Of a stretch of DNA of 12,178 nucleotides, positions 1 to 5,949 are shown piece after piece (the first letter of the stretch is position 1; each line of letters starts with the position of its first letter). Origin of the DNA: a virus. Where the stretch lies: the IMG/VR virus record IMGVR_UViG_3300022538_000930; one strand, given 5' to 3'. The translations under genes were made by a program, and so were the position numbers. The notes beneath the pieces are model-generated. The model was not told where the DNA came from. It worked only from the letters and a program-made list of their open reading frames with translations, and did not search any database.

Positions 1-141
1 ATAGTTATAGAGGAAGCAAACACTCTTTAATGAATTTCTTCAACATAACAGAAGAGGAGATAGCATGAAACACATAAGAGCATCATTTGAAGATGAAGAA
101 TTTAAGCCAATTAGTAAGCTGAAAGACAAGCTCAAAAAAGG
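1..141. repeat. Terminal overlap, copy 1 (identical to 12038-12178); the contig closes into a ~12,037-bp unit
   Basis: Base-by-base comparison: atagttatagaggaagc...gacaagctcaaaaaagg is present at both ends, 141/141 identical. ORFs read through the junction undisturbed (1-68 is the 3' end of the ORF seen at 11857-12105). Confidence 0.95.
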
Positions 142-208
142 GCAGGAGAAAAAGACTTTCAGCTGGAGAAAATTTATAATTAAAGTTTGTAAAGCATATA
201 AAAAATGA
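65..208 (+). CDS. 47-aa small protein, ribbon-helix-helix-like putative DNA-binding regulator
   Basis: ATG 65 overlaps the stop of the preceding ORF (ATGA), and stop TGA 206-208 overlaps the next ATG (ATGA). The sequence MKHIRASFEDEEFKPISKLKDKLKKGQEKKTFSWRKFIIKVCKAYKK fits a strand-helix-helix pattern by eye. It is below the ORF-track size cutoff. A partial duplicate lies at 12102-12178. Confidence 0.5.
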   Translation: MKHIRASFEDEEFKPISKLKDKLKKGQEKKTFSWRKFIIKVCKAYKK

Positions 209-387
209 AAAAAGAATATAATTTCACAGAAGAAGAAGCATGGATGTATCATTTTTTTGGTGTTCTTCCGACGAGGATAAATCCTATAATCGGAAAGAAG
301 ATTGCTGATGCTGTTGATAAACAAATCTTTAAGGAATTATCAAATAAATTTGAAAGGAGGTGTGAAGATGGAAGAAAAATATCTTAA
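205..387 (+). CDS. 60-aa hypothetical protein
   Basis: ORF-track entry. The ATGA overlap with the upstream ORF places it in the coupled mini-ORF chain. No recognisable motif. Confidence 0.55.
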   Translation: MKKEYNFTEEEAWMYHFFGVLPTRINPIIGKKIADAVDKQIFKELSNKFERRCEDGRKIS

Positions 388-493
388 AATTATGAAAATA
401 AAATTTAAAGATTTGAGCGGATGGCTTAAGTTAGCTGCTATTGCTGGCTGGGTTTATAGCGTCGCTGTGATTTATATAATCTTAACATGGTAA
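368..493 (+). CDS. 41-aa single-pass membrane mini-protein
   Basis: Internal ATG 368 of track ORF 302-493 is preceded by a strong SD, aggaggtg (355-362), 5 nt upstream. The hydrophobic segment is LKLAAIAGWVYSVAVIYIIL. The stop (491-493) overlaps the next ATG (487). Confidence 0.55.
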   Translation: MEEKYLKIMKIKFKDLSGWLKLAAIAGWVYSVAVIYIILTW

Positions 494-837
494 AACAAAA
501 AGGAATATGCGAAGAATGTAAGAAGGAGTATGAATATGATTATAATCCAAAATTCCCTCGGAAGTATTGCTTTGAGTGTTCAGCGAAGAAGAAGGCTGAG
601 TTTGAGAACAGACCAGCAGAAACAAGCGCAGAAGTTAAGCCTGAAAGAATTAAGCAGGAAGTTGAAATGGGAACAACACCCTACAAAGGACGCCCTGAGA
701 ACAACTCAAGAGATGTGATGATGCTGACGAGTTATGCAAAGGATTTGATGGTTGATGCTAAACACATAAAGTATAGTGCCCAAGAAGCTGCAGATATAAT
801 CTTGAAATTGCATAAAATCATCTCAGAGGGGATATGA
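487..837 (+). CDS. 116-aa zinc-ribbon protein (CxxC-x17-CxxC N-terminus, helical C-terminus)
   Basis: ORF track. The motif is MVKQKGICEECKKEYEYDYNPKFPRKYCFECS. It is followed by a charged linker and a helical tail. Confidence 0.7.
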   Translation: MVKQKGICEECKKEYEYDYNPKFPRKYCFECSAKKKAEFENRPAETSAEVKPERIKQEVEMGTTPYKGRPENNSRDVMMLTSYAKDLMVDAKHIKYSAQEAADIILKLHKIISEGI

Positions 838-947
838 TGAGTTTAGTGAAGATGATCAGAGAAAGTGACCCTGTGACAATCGGGGGCCTGGCGATTGGGA
901 TTGGTCTGTTTGGAGCCTTCCTTTTTGGCTTCTTCTTTGGGTTTTAG
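834..947 (+). CDS. 37-aa membrane mini-protein
   Basis: Hand translation gives MMSLVKMIRESDPVTIGGLAIGIGLFGAFLFGFFFGF*. ATG 834 overlaps the stop at 835-837 (ATGA). A Gly/Phe-rich TM helix is present. It competes with the antisense track ORF 843-1055. Confidence 0.45.
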   Translation: MMSLVKMIRESDPVTIGGLAIGIGLFGAFLFGFFFGF

Positions 948-948
948 A

Positions 949-1065
949 ATGAGATTTAACATAGCAGATTTTTGGCCTGAAGAAGCTGAGGAAAAGATGA
1001 GAGATAATGTTACTCCTGATGAAGAATATACAATTTGGGATTTTCTTGGCATCAACGAAGCTTAA
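949..1065 (+). CDS. 38-aa acidic mini-protein, last gene of the mini-ORF operon
   Basis: Hand translation gives MRFNIADFWPEEAEEKMRDNVTPDEEYTIWDFLGINEA*. It starts 2 nt after the previous stop and is followed directly by a hairpin plus T-tract. Confidence 0.4.
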   Translation: MRFNIADFWPEEAEEKMRDNVTPDEEYTIWDFLGINEA

Positions 1066-1066
1066 A

Positions 1067-1099
1067 GCCTCGCAAGAGGCGTTTTATATTTTTTAATTT
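1067..1099 (+). terminator. Hairpin (gcctc-gcaa-gaggc) followed by a T-rich tract
   Basis: A 5-bp GC stem with a GNRA loop lies at 1067-1080, followed by gttttatattttttaattt. It sits at the end of the + strand mini-ORF chain. Oligo-T tracts terminate archaeal transcription. Confidence 0.55.
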
Positions 1100-1104
1100 A
1101 TCAG

Positions 1105-1160
1105 GGAGATGCGATGGAACTGGATGAAGTCTGGCGCAGGTTCGAATCCTGCCGTCTCCA
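1105..1160 (+). other. tRNA-like acceptor/T-arm minihelix (tRNA gene fragment, not a complete tRNA); possible att core or processing signal
   Basis: gcagg-ttcgaat-cctgc (1136-1152) is a canonical T-arm with a GTTCGAATC loop. It is followed by a 7-nt acceptor 3' strand cgtctcc and discriminator a (1153-1160). ggagatg (1105-1111) can pair with that strand using one G-T pair. Only 24 nt separate the two strands, no D or anticodon stem can be drawn there, and position 8 is C rather than T. Confidence 0.6.
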
Positions 1161-1225
1161 TTGGGGGGTAGACGCTGCTGAATAGTTAGTGGTCGCCTCC
1201 CGCTAACAATCCGGAAAGACGGGGA

Positions 1226-1420
1226 TTATTTTAATTTAGTTTTGCACTGCACAAAGGCAACAAAACAGATCTTCTTCATTTGAGAACTCTCTTTAATCAG
1301 AATAACATCAAATGGGCTTTTAGAGCCAGCTGTTCTCACAGCAATCCAGCCTTTTTCTTTAAAGATATTTACAACTTCTTGTTCAAGTCTTCTTCCTCTT
1401 TCATAGTTTTTGTTTGGCAT
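1226..1420 (-). CDS. 64-aa Hjc-type (archaeal Holliday-junction resolvase / PD-(D/E)xK) mini-nuclease, C-terminally short
   Basis: YERGRRLEQEVVNIFKEKGWIAVRTAGSKSPFDVILIK....FVAFVQCKTK parallels the Hjc pattern from memory: ER..V..L...GF.VVR...SGSK..PDIIA....IEVKS. The conserved E, the R..GS motif and the D are present. The final motif reads Q-C-K instead of E-x-K. The ORF ends 5 residues later, whereas Hjc proteins are usually ~120-140 aa. Confidence 0.6.
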   Translation of the reverse strand: MPNKNYERGRRLEQEVVNIFKEKGWIAVRTAGSKSPFDVILIKESSQMKKICFVAFVQCKTKLK

Positions 1421-1783
1421 ATTTTAAGGGGCAGGATGAAAAAGATGGTATCTAATGAATTGTGCATTTGAAAGCAGAACTCGCCTGCCCTATATTTAGA
1501 AGGGGCCTGTCTATATATACTTTTGGATTTCCGTCTATAACAGGAAATTATAGATTGCTCTAAAATGCTTGTTGAGGCAGCAATCCAGCTGCTCCGAATG
1601 GAGCCCTTGACGCTGAAACGAGCTTTTTCGGCTCATCTAAGCTACCTAAGGACAGGCATGGCTTAAGATTAACACAACTTACAGCCTGTGATTCTTCCCT
1701 TAATTAATTAAATTTGCTCCCTATGGACTTAACCAAACCCCACCTTTCGATACTGATGACGATAACGGGAACTTCGAGGCGCC

Positions 1784-1945
1784 TTACACGTGACTTTCTT
1801 TTGTATATTGACCTTTAGATAACTCAGGAAACAATAATTCTCCATTTTGTTTTCTAATTTGAGAGTACTTAAGTTTCTTTAACTCTTCCTGCTCCCACTC
1901 TTCTAATTGATATGCATGAACTGAGAACGGAAAGTTAAAAGCCAT
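1784..1945 (-). CDS. 53-aa hypothetical protein (shorter start preferred over track ORF 1784-2053)
   Basis: The sequence is MAFNFPFSVHAYQLEEWEQEELKKLKYSQIRKQNGELLFPELSKGQYTKESHV. The ATG (A at 1945) lies 30 nt downstream of the palindromic TATA box ttatataa (1968-1975), the same spacing as the other promoters. The longer N-terminal extension would overlap a predicted + strand promoter at 2019. Confidence 0.4.
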   Translation of the reverse strand: MAFNFPFSVHAYQLEEWEQEELKKLKYSQIRKQNGELLFPELSKGQYTKESHV

Positions 1946-1967
1946 GAATAATAGAGGGGATTGTTGT

Positions 1968-1975
1968 TTATATAA
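1968..1975 (-). promoter_or_regulatory. TATA box (ttatataa) for the minus-strand 53-aa ORF
   Basis: The distance from the TATA start to the ATG is 30 nt, matching the 27-30 nt rule seen at the other promoters in this genome. Confidence 0.4.
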
Positions 1976-2018
1976 GGTGTTGAGTACTTGAAAATAACAG
2001 CACTCTAACGAAGAAAGA

Positions 2019-2026
2019 TTTATATA
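2019..2026 (+). promoter_or_regulatory. Orphan BRE/TATA-like promoter (agaaaga-tttatata) with no substantial ORF downstream
   Basis: gaagaaagatttatatag closely resembles the capsid-operon promoter cagaaagatttaaatata at 8626-8641. The only ATG at roughly the right distance (2044, 25 nt) opens a 24-codon ORF. The next real gene starts at 2454. Confidence 0.4.
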
Positions 2027-2120
2027 GATAGAAGACTTTAGAAATGTACTCATTTCTACATACCAACATACATAAGCCCTCTTTGTTAGAGTGCATAAAG
2101 GCTCTCACGGCCACATAGAC

Positions 2121-2224
2121 CCCGCGCCTTCCCTTCTTAAGAAGTATGTGCAGTCTAAGCTTAGCTTACATAGTCTCTTGGGAGCAGAATTATTTAGGTA
2201 CACGCGAATTAAGAAGACCGCGGG
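2121..2224. repeat. Interrupted inverted repeat (cccgcg..cttcttaa / ttaagaag..cgcggg) enclosing two perfect palindromes
   Basis: 2121-2126 is complementary to 2219-2224, and 2133-2140 to 2209-2216, giving 14 bp with an asymmetric internal loop. Inside are cttcttaagaag (2133-2144, a 12-bp perfect palindrome) and ctaagcttag (2155-2164, a 10-bp perfect palindrome). Confidence 0.6.
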
Positions 2225-2230
2225 CTAATT

Positions 2231-2278
2231 GGGGTGTAATCACTACTAATCAGTAGTGACACCCCTTTATAGTAGTGA
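2231..2278. repeat. 14-bp bulged hairpin plus a third copy of its arm motif (agtagtga)
   Basis: ggggtg (2231-2236) pairs with cacccc (2260-2265), and tcactact (2240-2247) pairs with agtagtga (2252-2259). The loop is aatc and the bulge is taa. agtagtga recurs as a direct repeat at 2271-2278. Confidence 0.6.
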
Positions 2279-2314
2279 TTTGTTCACTTAGGTCACCTTA
2301 GTGCACAACAGAAT

Positions 2315-2436
2315 AATTCCCGGAAATTTTCACTTGAAAAAAAGCGGGAAATTTAAAAGAACGCGACATTCAAATTCCTGCATATATAAGTTCGCTTATC
2401 CCGACCGACAAAATTTTAGAAAATTATTTAAATTCC
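2315..2436. promoter_or_regulatory. Cluster of GGAAATT / AATTCC half-sites across the terL upstream region
   Basis: aattcc occurs at 2315-2320, 2373-2378 and 2431-2436, the last overlapping the TATA box. ggaaatt occurs at 2322-2328 and 2347-2353. The first two sites form an imperfect palindrome, aattcc-c-ggaaatt. Confidence 0.3.
2427..2434 (+). promoter_or_regulatory. TATA box (tttaaatt) for terL, leaderless spacing
   Basis: It lies 27 nt upstream of ATG 2454 in an AT-rich context. Confidence 0.5.
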
Positions 2437-2453
2437 AAAATATTATAATTATT

Positions 2454-3770
2454 ATGGAAATCAAGCTCGACAAGTGGCAGCAAGAAATCTTAAATTATGA
2501 TGGAGACATTCTTTTGTGCAAAGGGCGAAGGATTGGCGGCACTGAAATCTTTTCAATAAAAGCAGCAGAAAGAATGATTAAGAAACCCGGGGTTAAAATT
2601 GTCTTTGTTTCACTAACAGAAGATCAAGCCAAATTATGCATATCTGTTGCCCATGAATATTTGATAAGGAATTATAAGAAATTCATTGGAAAAGGCAAGA
2701 AAAAGCCACAATTAGGAGCATTATTCTTAACAAATGGCTCGTCTATGATAGTGAGGGCTGTTGGGGACACTGGAAAGGGTGTACGGGGCTTTGATGGGGA
2801 TGTATTAGGAATAGATGAAGCTCCATGGCAACCTGCGGCAATGTGGAGAGCTGCACGACCGATTATAACAACTAATGATGGGGAGATATGGATGTGGGGA
2901 ACCCCTGCGGAAGATAAAGGCTATTTTTATGAACAATATGATAAAGCATATAATAAAAAAGACCCAGACGCGCGCTTTAAGGTCTGGCATAAGAACACAG
3001 AAGAGGTTTTGTTTAATAGACCTGTCTGCGCGAGTTGGACACAGAAACGGAAGGAAGGAGCAATAAGAATTTTAGCAGAAGAAAAGAGAGACATGACAGA
3101 CATAGAGTACGGAAATGAATATCTCGGGCTCTTCCTCTCTGAACTTAAGAGATTCTTCGACGACGATTTAATAAAAAAGGCGTGCATCTTAGAAAAGGAA
3201 CCAGACATGATCGGAAAGAGATATTTAGGAGTTGATGTTGGGAGAATGTTTGATCCAAGCACATTTGAAGATGTCTGTAAGAAAGGAAATATAGTTTATC
3301 ATGTGGATAGTTATACAACTCACAAAACCTACACAAATGAAACTCAGGATAAAATAATAAAACTTAATGAGGCTGTGAATTATAAGAAGATTGGGATTGA
3401 TGCGGGCTCTGGCGCGTTGGGGGTTGGTGTCTACGACAACCTCATGGTAGTTTCAAAAATAAGGGGGAAGTTAGAAGCGATGAATAATAGATCAATAGCA
3501 TTAGATAAGGAAGGAAAAAAGAAACAGAGAACAAAGAGATTAGATTATTATAACAATCTGAAAGCGATGATGCAGAACGTAGAAATTAAACTTTTAAAGG
3601 ACGATGAAGTAATTGCAAGCCTTCGTTCTGCAAGATGGGATATTGCAGATGAGAATGATCCTAATAGCAAAATGGTGATCATGGGCAACAACCTCCATAA
3701 AGTAGAGGCTTTGATGCGCGCAGCAGAGCTTGCCAAAAAAGACAAAAGTTTAAATATATGGGTTCGTTGA
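2454..3770 (+). CDS. terL: Terminase large subunit (438 aa)
   Basis: The ATPase domain has a Walker A-like LCKGRRIGGTE, a Walker B DVLGIDEA, and a coupling motif WGTP. The nuclease domain has the acidic motifs YLGVDVGR, IGIDAGSG and LLKDDEV. Start moved to ATG 2454 (MEIKLDKWQQEIL), because the GTG-2301 extension is low-complexity and contains the promoter. Confidence 0.9.
   Translation: MEIKLDKWQQEILNYDGDILLCKGRRIGGTEIFSIKAAERMIKKPGVKIVFVSLTEDQAKLCISVAHEYLIRNYKKFIGKGKKKPQLGALFLTNGSSMIVRAVGDTGKGVRGFDGDVLGIDEAPWQPAAMWRAARPIITTNDGEIWMWGTPAEDKGYFYEQYDKAYNKKDPDARFKVWHKNTEEVLFNRPVCASWTQKRKEGAIRILAEEKRDMTDIEYGNEYLGLFLSELKRFFDDDLIKKACILEKEPDMIGKRYLGVDVGRMFDPSTFEDVCKKGNIVYHVDSYTTHKTYTNETQDKIIKLNEAVNYKKIGIDAGSGALGVGVYDNLMVVSKIRGKLEAMNNRSIALDKEGKKKQRTKRLDYYNNLKAMMQNVEIKLLKDDEVIASLRSARWDIADENDPNSKMVIMGNNLHKVEALMRAAELAKKDKSLNIWVR
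3749..3756 (+). promoter_or_regulatory. TATA box (tttaaata) inside the terL 3' end, serving ORF 3777
   Basis: acaaaag-tttaaata lies 28 nt upstream of ATG 3777. Confidence 0.5.
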
Positions 3771-3776
3771 AATATT

Positions 3777-4139
3777 ATGGTAGATACACTCTGTTCGAGC
3801 TACGCTGTGATTAATAAAGCTGGTGCAAACGCAAACACAACAGCAAGCTCTTCGGCAACAATAATCTCGCAGTTCATAAATGAGGCAGAAGGATTAATTT
3901 GTTCTGAAACAACTTATGACTGGGTTACTAATCATTCATCCCTTAGCAGCTTCGCTAAACATGTTGTCGGACTTGCTTGTGCGAATTTCGCAGCGATGGG
4001 GGTTATAAATTATGACCCTGACGCATGGCAGTTGGCAGTTGCAGAGACCAAGCTTGACGTCCTATGGAATGGGTATCTGGCAGCGATGCGACCACTATCA
4101 GATAAAGCAAATAAACAAGTCTTCATAAAGAAACCTTAA
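3777..4139 (+). CDS. 120-aa protein, possible head-tail adaptor/connector (gp6-like)
   Basis: ORF track. The gene lies between terL and the portal. The segment IISQFINEAEGLICSETTYDW resembles the N-terminal helix pattern of head-tail connector proteins, a weak by-eye match. Confidence 0.35.
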   Translation: MVDTLCSSYAVINKAGANANTTASSSATIISQFINEAEGLICSETTYDWVTNHSSLSSFAKHVVGLACANFAAMGVINYDPDAWQLAVAETKLDVLWNGYLAAMRPLSDKANKQVFIKKP

Positions 4140-4140
4140 A

Positions 4141-4803
4141 ATGCCAAAACATCCAATCCTATTCAGAGATACAGCGAAGAAGATAATCATAACTTATAAT
4201 TATTTAGATATTGCGGAAGGGACTGGGGTAGTTGTATTTTATGGAAATCATCTGCAAAGAGCAGGCAGTAGTTATTATAAGCTATTAACAACAGCGATAT
4301 ATTCTCACAATATCCAGCAGACCCCTGTTGTTTTTACAGATACTTCATGGACTCAAAAGTTTGATTTAGATTTTGAGGTTGTGTTTAATATTCCCAAAAC
4401 TATTAAAGGATTAGTTAAAGCATCTATCCCAATCTGGGTTGAGAGCAACGACGACGGCAATGTATCAAGCGGGAAAGCATATGTAAGAATCTATAAATTA
4501 AAAGGGGGGGTTGGGACACCAATTTTATTAGGGGAGAGAGAGAGTGGGCCTGTTAATGTAGATCAAACCCCAAGAGATTTCGCAAAGAATGTATTAACAG
4601 ATGTCTTAATTCCCCTAACACATTTTTCAAAAGGAGATATGTTGAGAATAAAAGTTGAAGTGTGGGGTATTGTTGCTGCGGGGGTTCTATCTAAGATTTC
4701 CGTCGCGCACGACCCGGTCGGGAGAACAACAACAGAGTTTCCCGGAACAGAGGGAGACACCACCATAATAAGGTTTGACATTCCTTTCTTAATTGAGGTA
4801 TAA
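4141..4803 (+). CDS. 220-aa beta-rich hypothetical virion protein
   Basis: ORF track. It is tightly packed, starting 2 nt after the previous stop, with its own stop abutting the portal ATG. The composition suggests an all-beta fold. It contains a G7 tract at 4504-4510. Confidence 0.7.
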   Translation: MPKHPILFRDTAKKIIITYNYLDIAEGTGVVVFYGNHLQRAGSSYYKLLTTAIYSHNIQQTPVVFTDTSWTQKFDLDFEVVFNIPKTIKGLVKASIPIWVESNDDGNVSSGKAYVRIYKLKGGVGTPILLGERESGPVNVDQTPRDFAKNVLTDVLIPLTHFSKGDMLRIKVEVWGIVAAGVLSKISVAHDPVGRTTTEFPGTEGDTTIIRFDIPFLIEV

Positions 4804-5949
4804 ATGGGAGATTTAGATATAGGCACAGCAAAAGCAAGCGACATGGAGAATTGGGAGAAGACAGAGATGCCCTCACTGAGCACCGACGGCATTTCAGACC
4901 AGAAAGAAACAGTTTATACCAATCCTATCTGGGAAAAGAACTGGGGGGCATTCCTCACCCATCCCGAATTGAAAACAGCTCTCCTTATGAAAGCGGTTTG
5001 GAATGTAGGGAAGGGCTATACAGCAGATGCACGAACAACACGAATTCTTGACAACATCACAGGAGCGGGAGGCGACAGCTTCACAGATATTTTATTTAAT
5101 ATGGAATTAGTTCGCAGAGTTGGAAGGGATAGTTTTGCAGCAATTATGAGAGATGTGGAAAGCGGAGAGTTAATAAATCTTAGGACTCTTGACCCGGGCA
5201 GTATGAGAATCATATATGGACCCCAAGGAATGATTATAAGATATGAGCAGATGAAGAAATTTCCAAAAAAAGGAGTATGGAACTGGGTGAGAAATGCAGT
5301 AGGGAAAAAAGATGTTATTCCTTTCAGACCTGATGAGATTTTTCACTTAACACTTAACAGACTCGCCGACCAAGTGCACGGCATCTCTGACATTGAAAGC
5401 TTGGATGATACACTCATAGCTGAACTTGAGAGCTTTAATGATATGGTTAAAATATCACACAGGCAGGGTAGACCATTTATAGTTTTCAAATTAAAGACCG
5501 ACGACCAAACCAAGATAGATGAGATTATTTCAAAGGTTAATGATTTAAGAGAGAAGGGAGAGGATTTTTGGATACCTGACGACGAAGATGTATTTAGTTT
5601 TGAGGTTGTTAGCACAACAATCTCACCATTAATAATGGACTGGAGAAGAGAGGTGCTTGAACGCCTTTACAGAGCCTTGGGTATGCCCTTAGTTTTATTC
5701 GGGAGCACAAAATCCACAGAGAGCGGGGGCAAGATGGAAGTCTTTGCACACGAACAGATATTTCAGCATGACCAGAAATATATAGAAGAGCAGGTTTGGA
5801 ATCAACTGGCATTAAGAATAGACTTAATCCCCCCTCAATCTATTGCACCCGGTTTAGCTACCGACGAGAAAAAGGACTTAGGAGCAGAAGGCGCACCTCA
5901 GGGTTTAGAAACACAACCAGCAGATACAACTGCGGGAGTAGGAGAATAA
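4804..5949 (+). CDS. Portal protein (381 aa)
   Basis: The SD gaggt lies 4 nt upstream. Size and position fit a portal. The core RPDEIFHLTLNRLADQVHGISDIESL...GRPFIVFKL...MDWRREVLERLYRALGMPLVLFG resembles HK97-family portal proteins by eye. Confidence 0.75.
   Translation: MGDLDIGTAKASDMENWEKTEMPSLSTDGISDQKETVYTNPIWEKNWGAFLTHPELKTALLMKAVWNVGKGYTADARTTRILDNITGAGGDSFTDILFNMELVRRVGRDSFAAIMRDVESGELINLRTLDPGSMRIIYGPQGMIIRYEQMKKFPKKGVWNWVRNAVGKKDVIPFRPDEIFHLTLNRLADQVHGISDIESLDDTLIAELESFNDMVKISHRQGRPFIVFKLKTDDQTKIDEIISKVNDLREKGEDFWIPDDEDVFSFEVVSTTISPLIMDWRREVLERLYRALGMPLVLFGSTKSTESGGKMEVFAHEQIFQHDQKYIEEQVWNQLALRIDLIPPQSIAPGLATDEKKDLGAEGAPQGLETQPADTTAGVGE

Noticed and set aside
1-141. The 141-nt terminal repeat as a biological LTR/DTR or mobile-element end
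   Set aside because: It is a perfect direct repeat located exactly at the contig ends. Genes read straight through it, and its length equals a common assembler k-mer. It is most simply an assembly overlap of a circular or permuted genome. A true DTR cannot be excluded without reads.
40-324. The 94-aa minus-strand ORF across the start of the window, and 11504-11833 (109 aa, minus strand)
   Set aside because: Both are antisense to the ATGA-coupled + strand mini-ORF chain. Their Phe/Leu/Ile/Ser-rich sequence is typical of the reverse complement of Lys/Glu-rich coding sequence.
843-1055. The 70-aa minus-strand ORF
   Set aside because: The + strand offers two small ORFs in register with the operon (an ATGA overlap, a TM helix, and a terminator directly after). 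The minus ORF has no promoter or SD. Confidence in this choice is only moderate.
1105-1160. A complete tRNA gene
   Set aside because: Only the acceptor and T-arm can be drawn. The 24 nt between them form no D or anticodon stem, position 8 is C, and no anticodon can be assigned. A permuted or split arrangement using downstream sequence was tested by eye and did not yield a matching 5' acceptor strand.
1157-1169. ctccattgggggg as an archaeal origin-recognition-box (ORB) element with a G-string
   Set aside because: It only loosely resembles the remembered ORB pattern (a TCCA..TGGAAA dyad followed by a G-run). It is a single copy with no inverted partner flanking an AT-rich unwinding element.
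1280-1471. The 63-aa + strand ORF
   Set aside because: It is antisense to the Hjc-like ORF, whose motif content is recognisable. The + frame is Phe/Ser-rich with no signals.
2301-2453. The N-terminal 51-codon extension of terL from GTG 2301 (track ORF 2301-3770)
   Set aside because: The extension is low-complexity, has no terminase-like sequence, and contains the AT-rich promoter/TATA at 2427. ATG 2454 fits the 27-30-nt promoter rule.
2805-5812. Minus-strand and off-frame track ORFs inside terL, the 220-aa gene and the portal (2805-2990, 2875-3066, 2927-3262, 3145-3336, 3548-3745, 4563-4892, 4691-4876, 4851-5051, 5016-5213, 5343-5615, 5609-5812)
   Set aside because: All are nested within confidently called + strand genes. 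They have Ser/Leu/Cys-rich shadow-ORF composition and lack start signals.
5796-5948. The N-terminal extension of the 343-aa gene (track ORF 5796-6980)
   Set aside because: It overlaps the portal 3' end in another frame and is Arg/Ser-rich nonsense-like. ATG 5949 has an SD and a TAATG junction with the portal stop.
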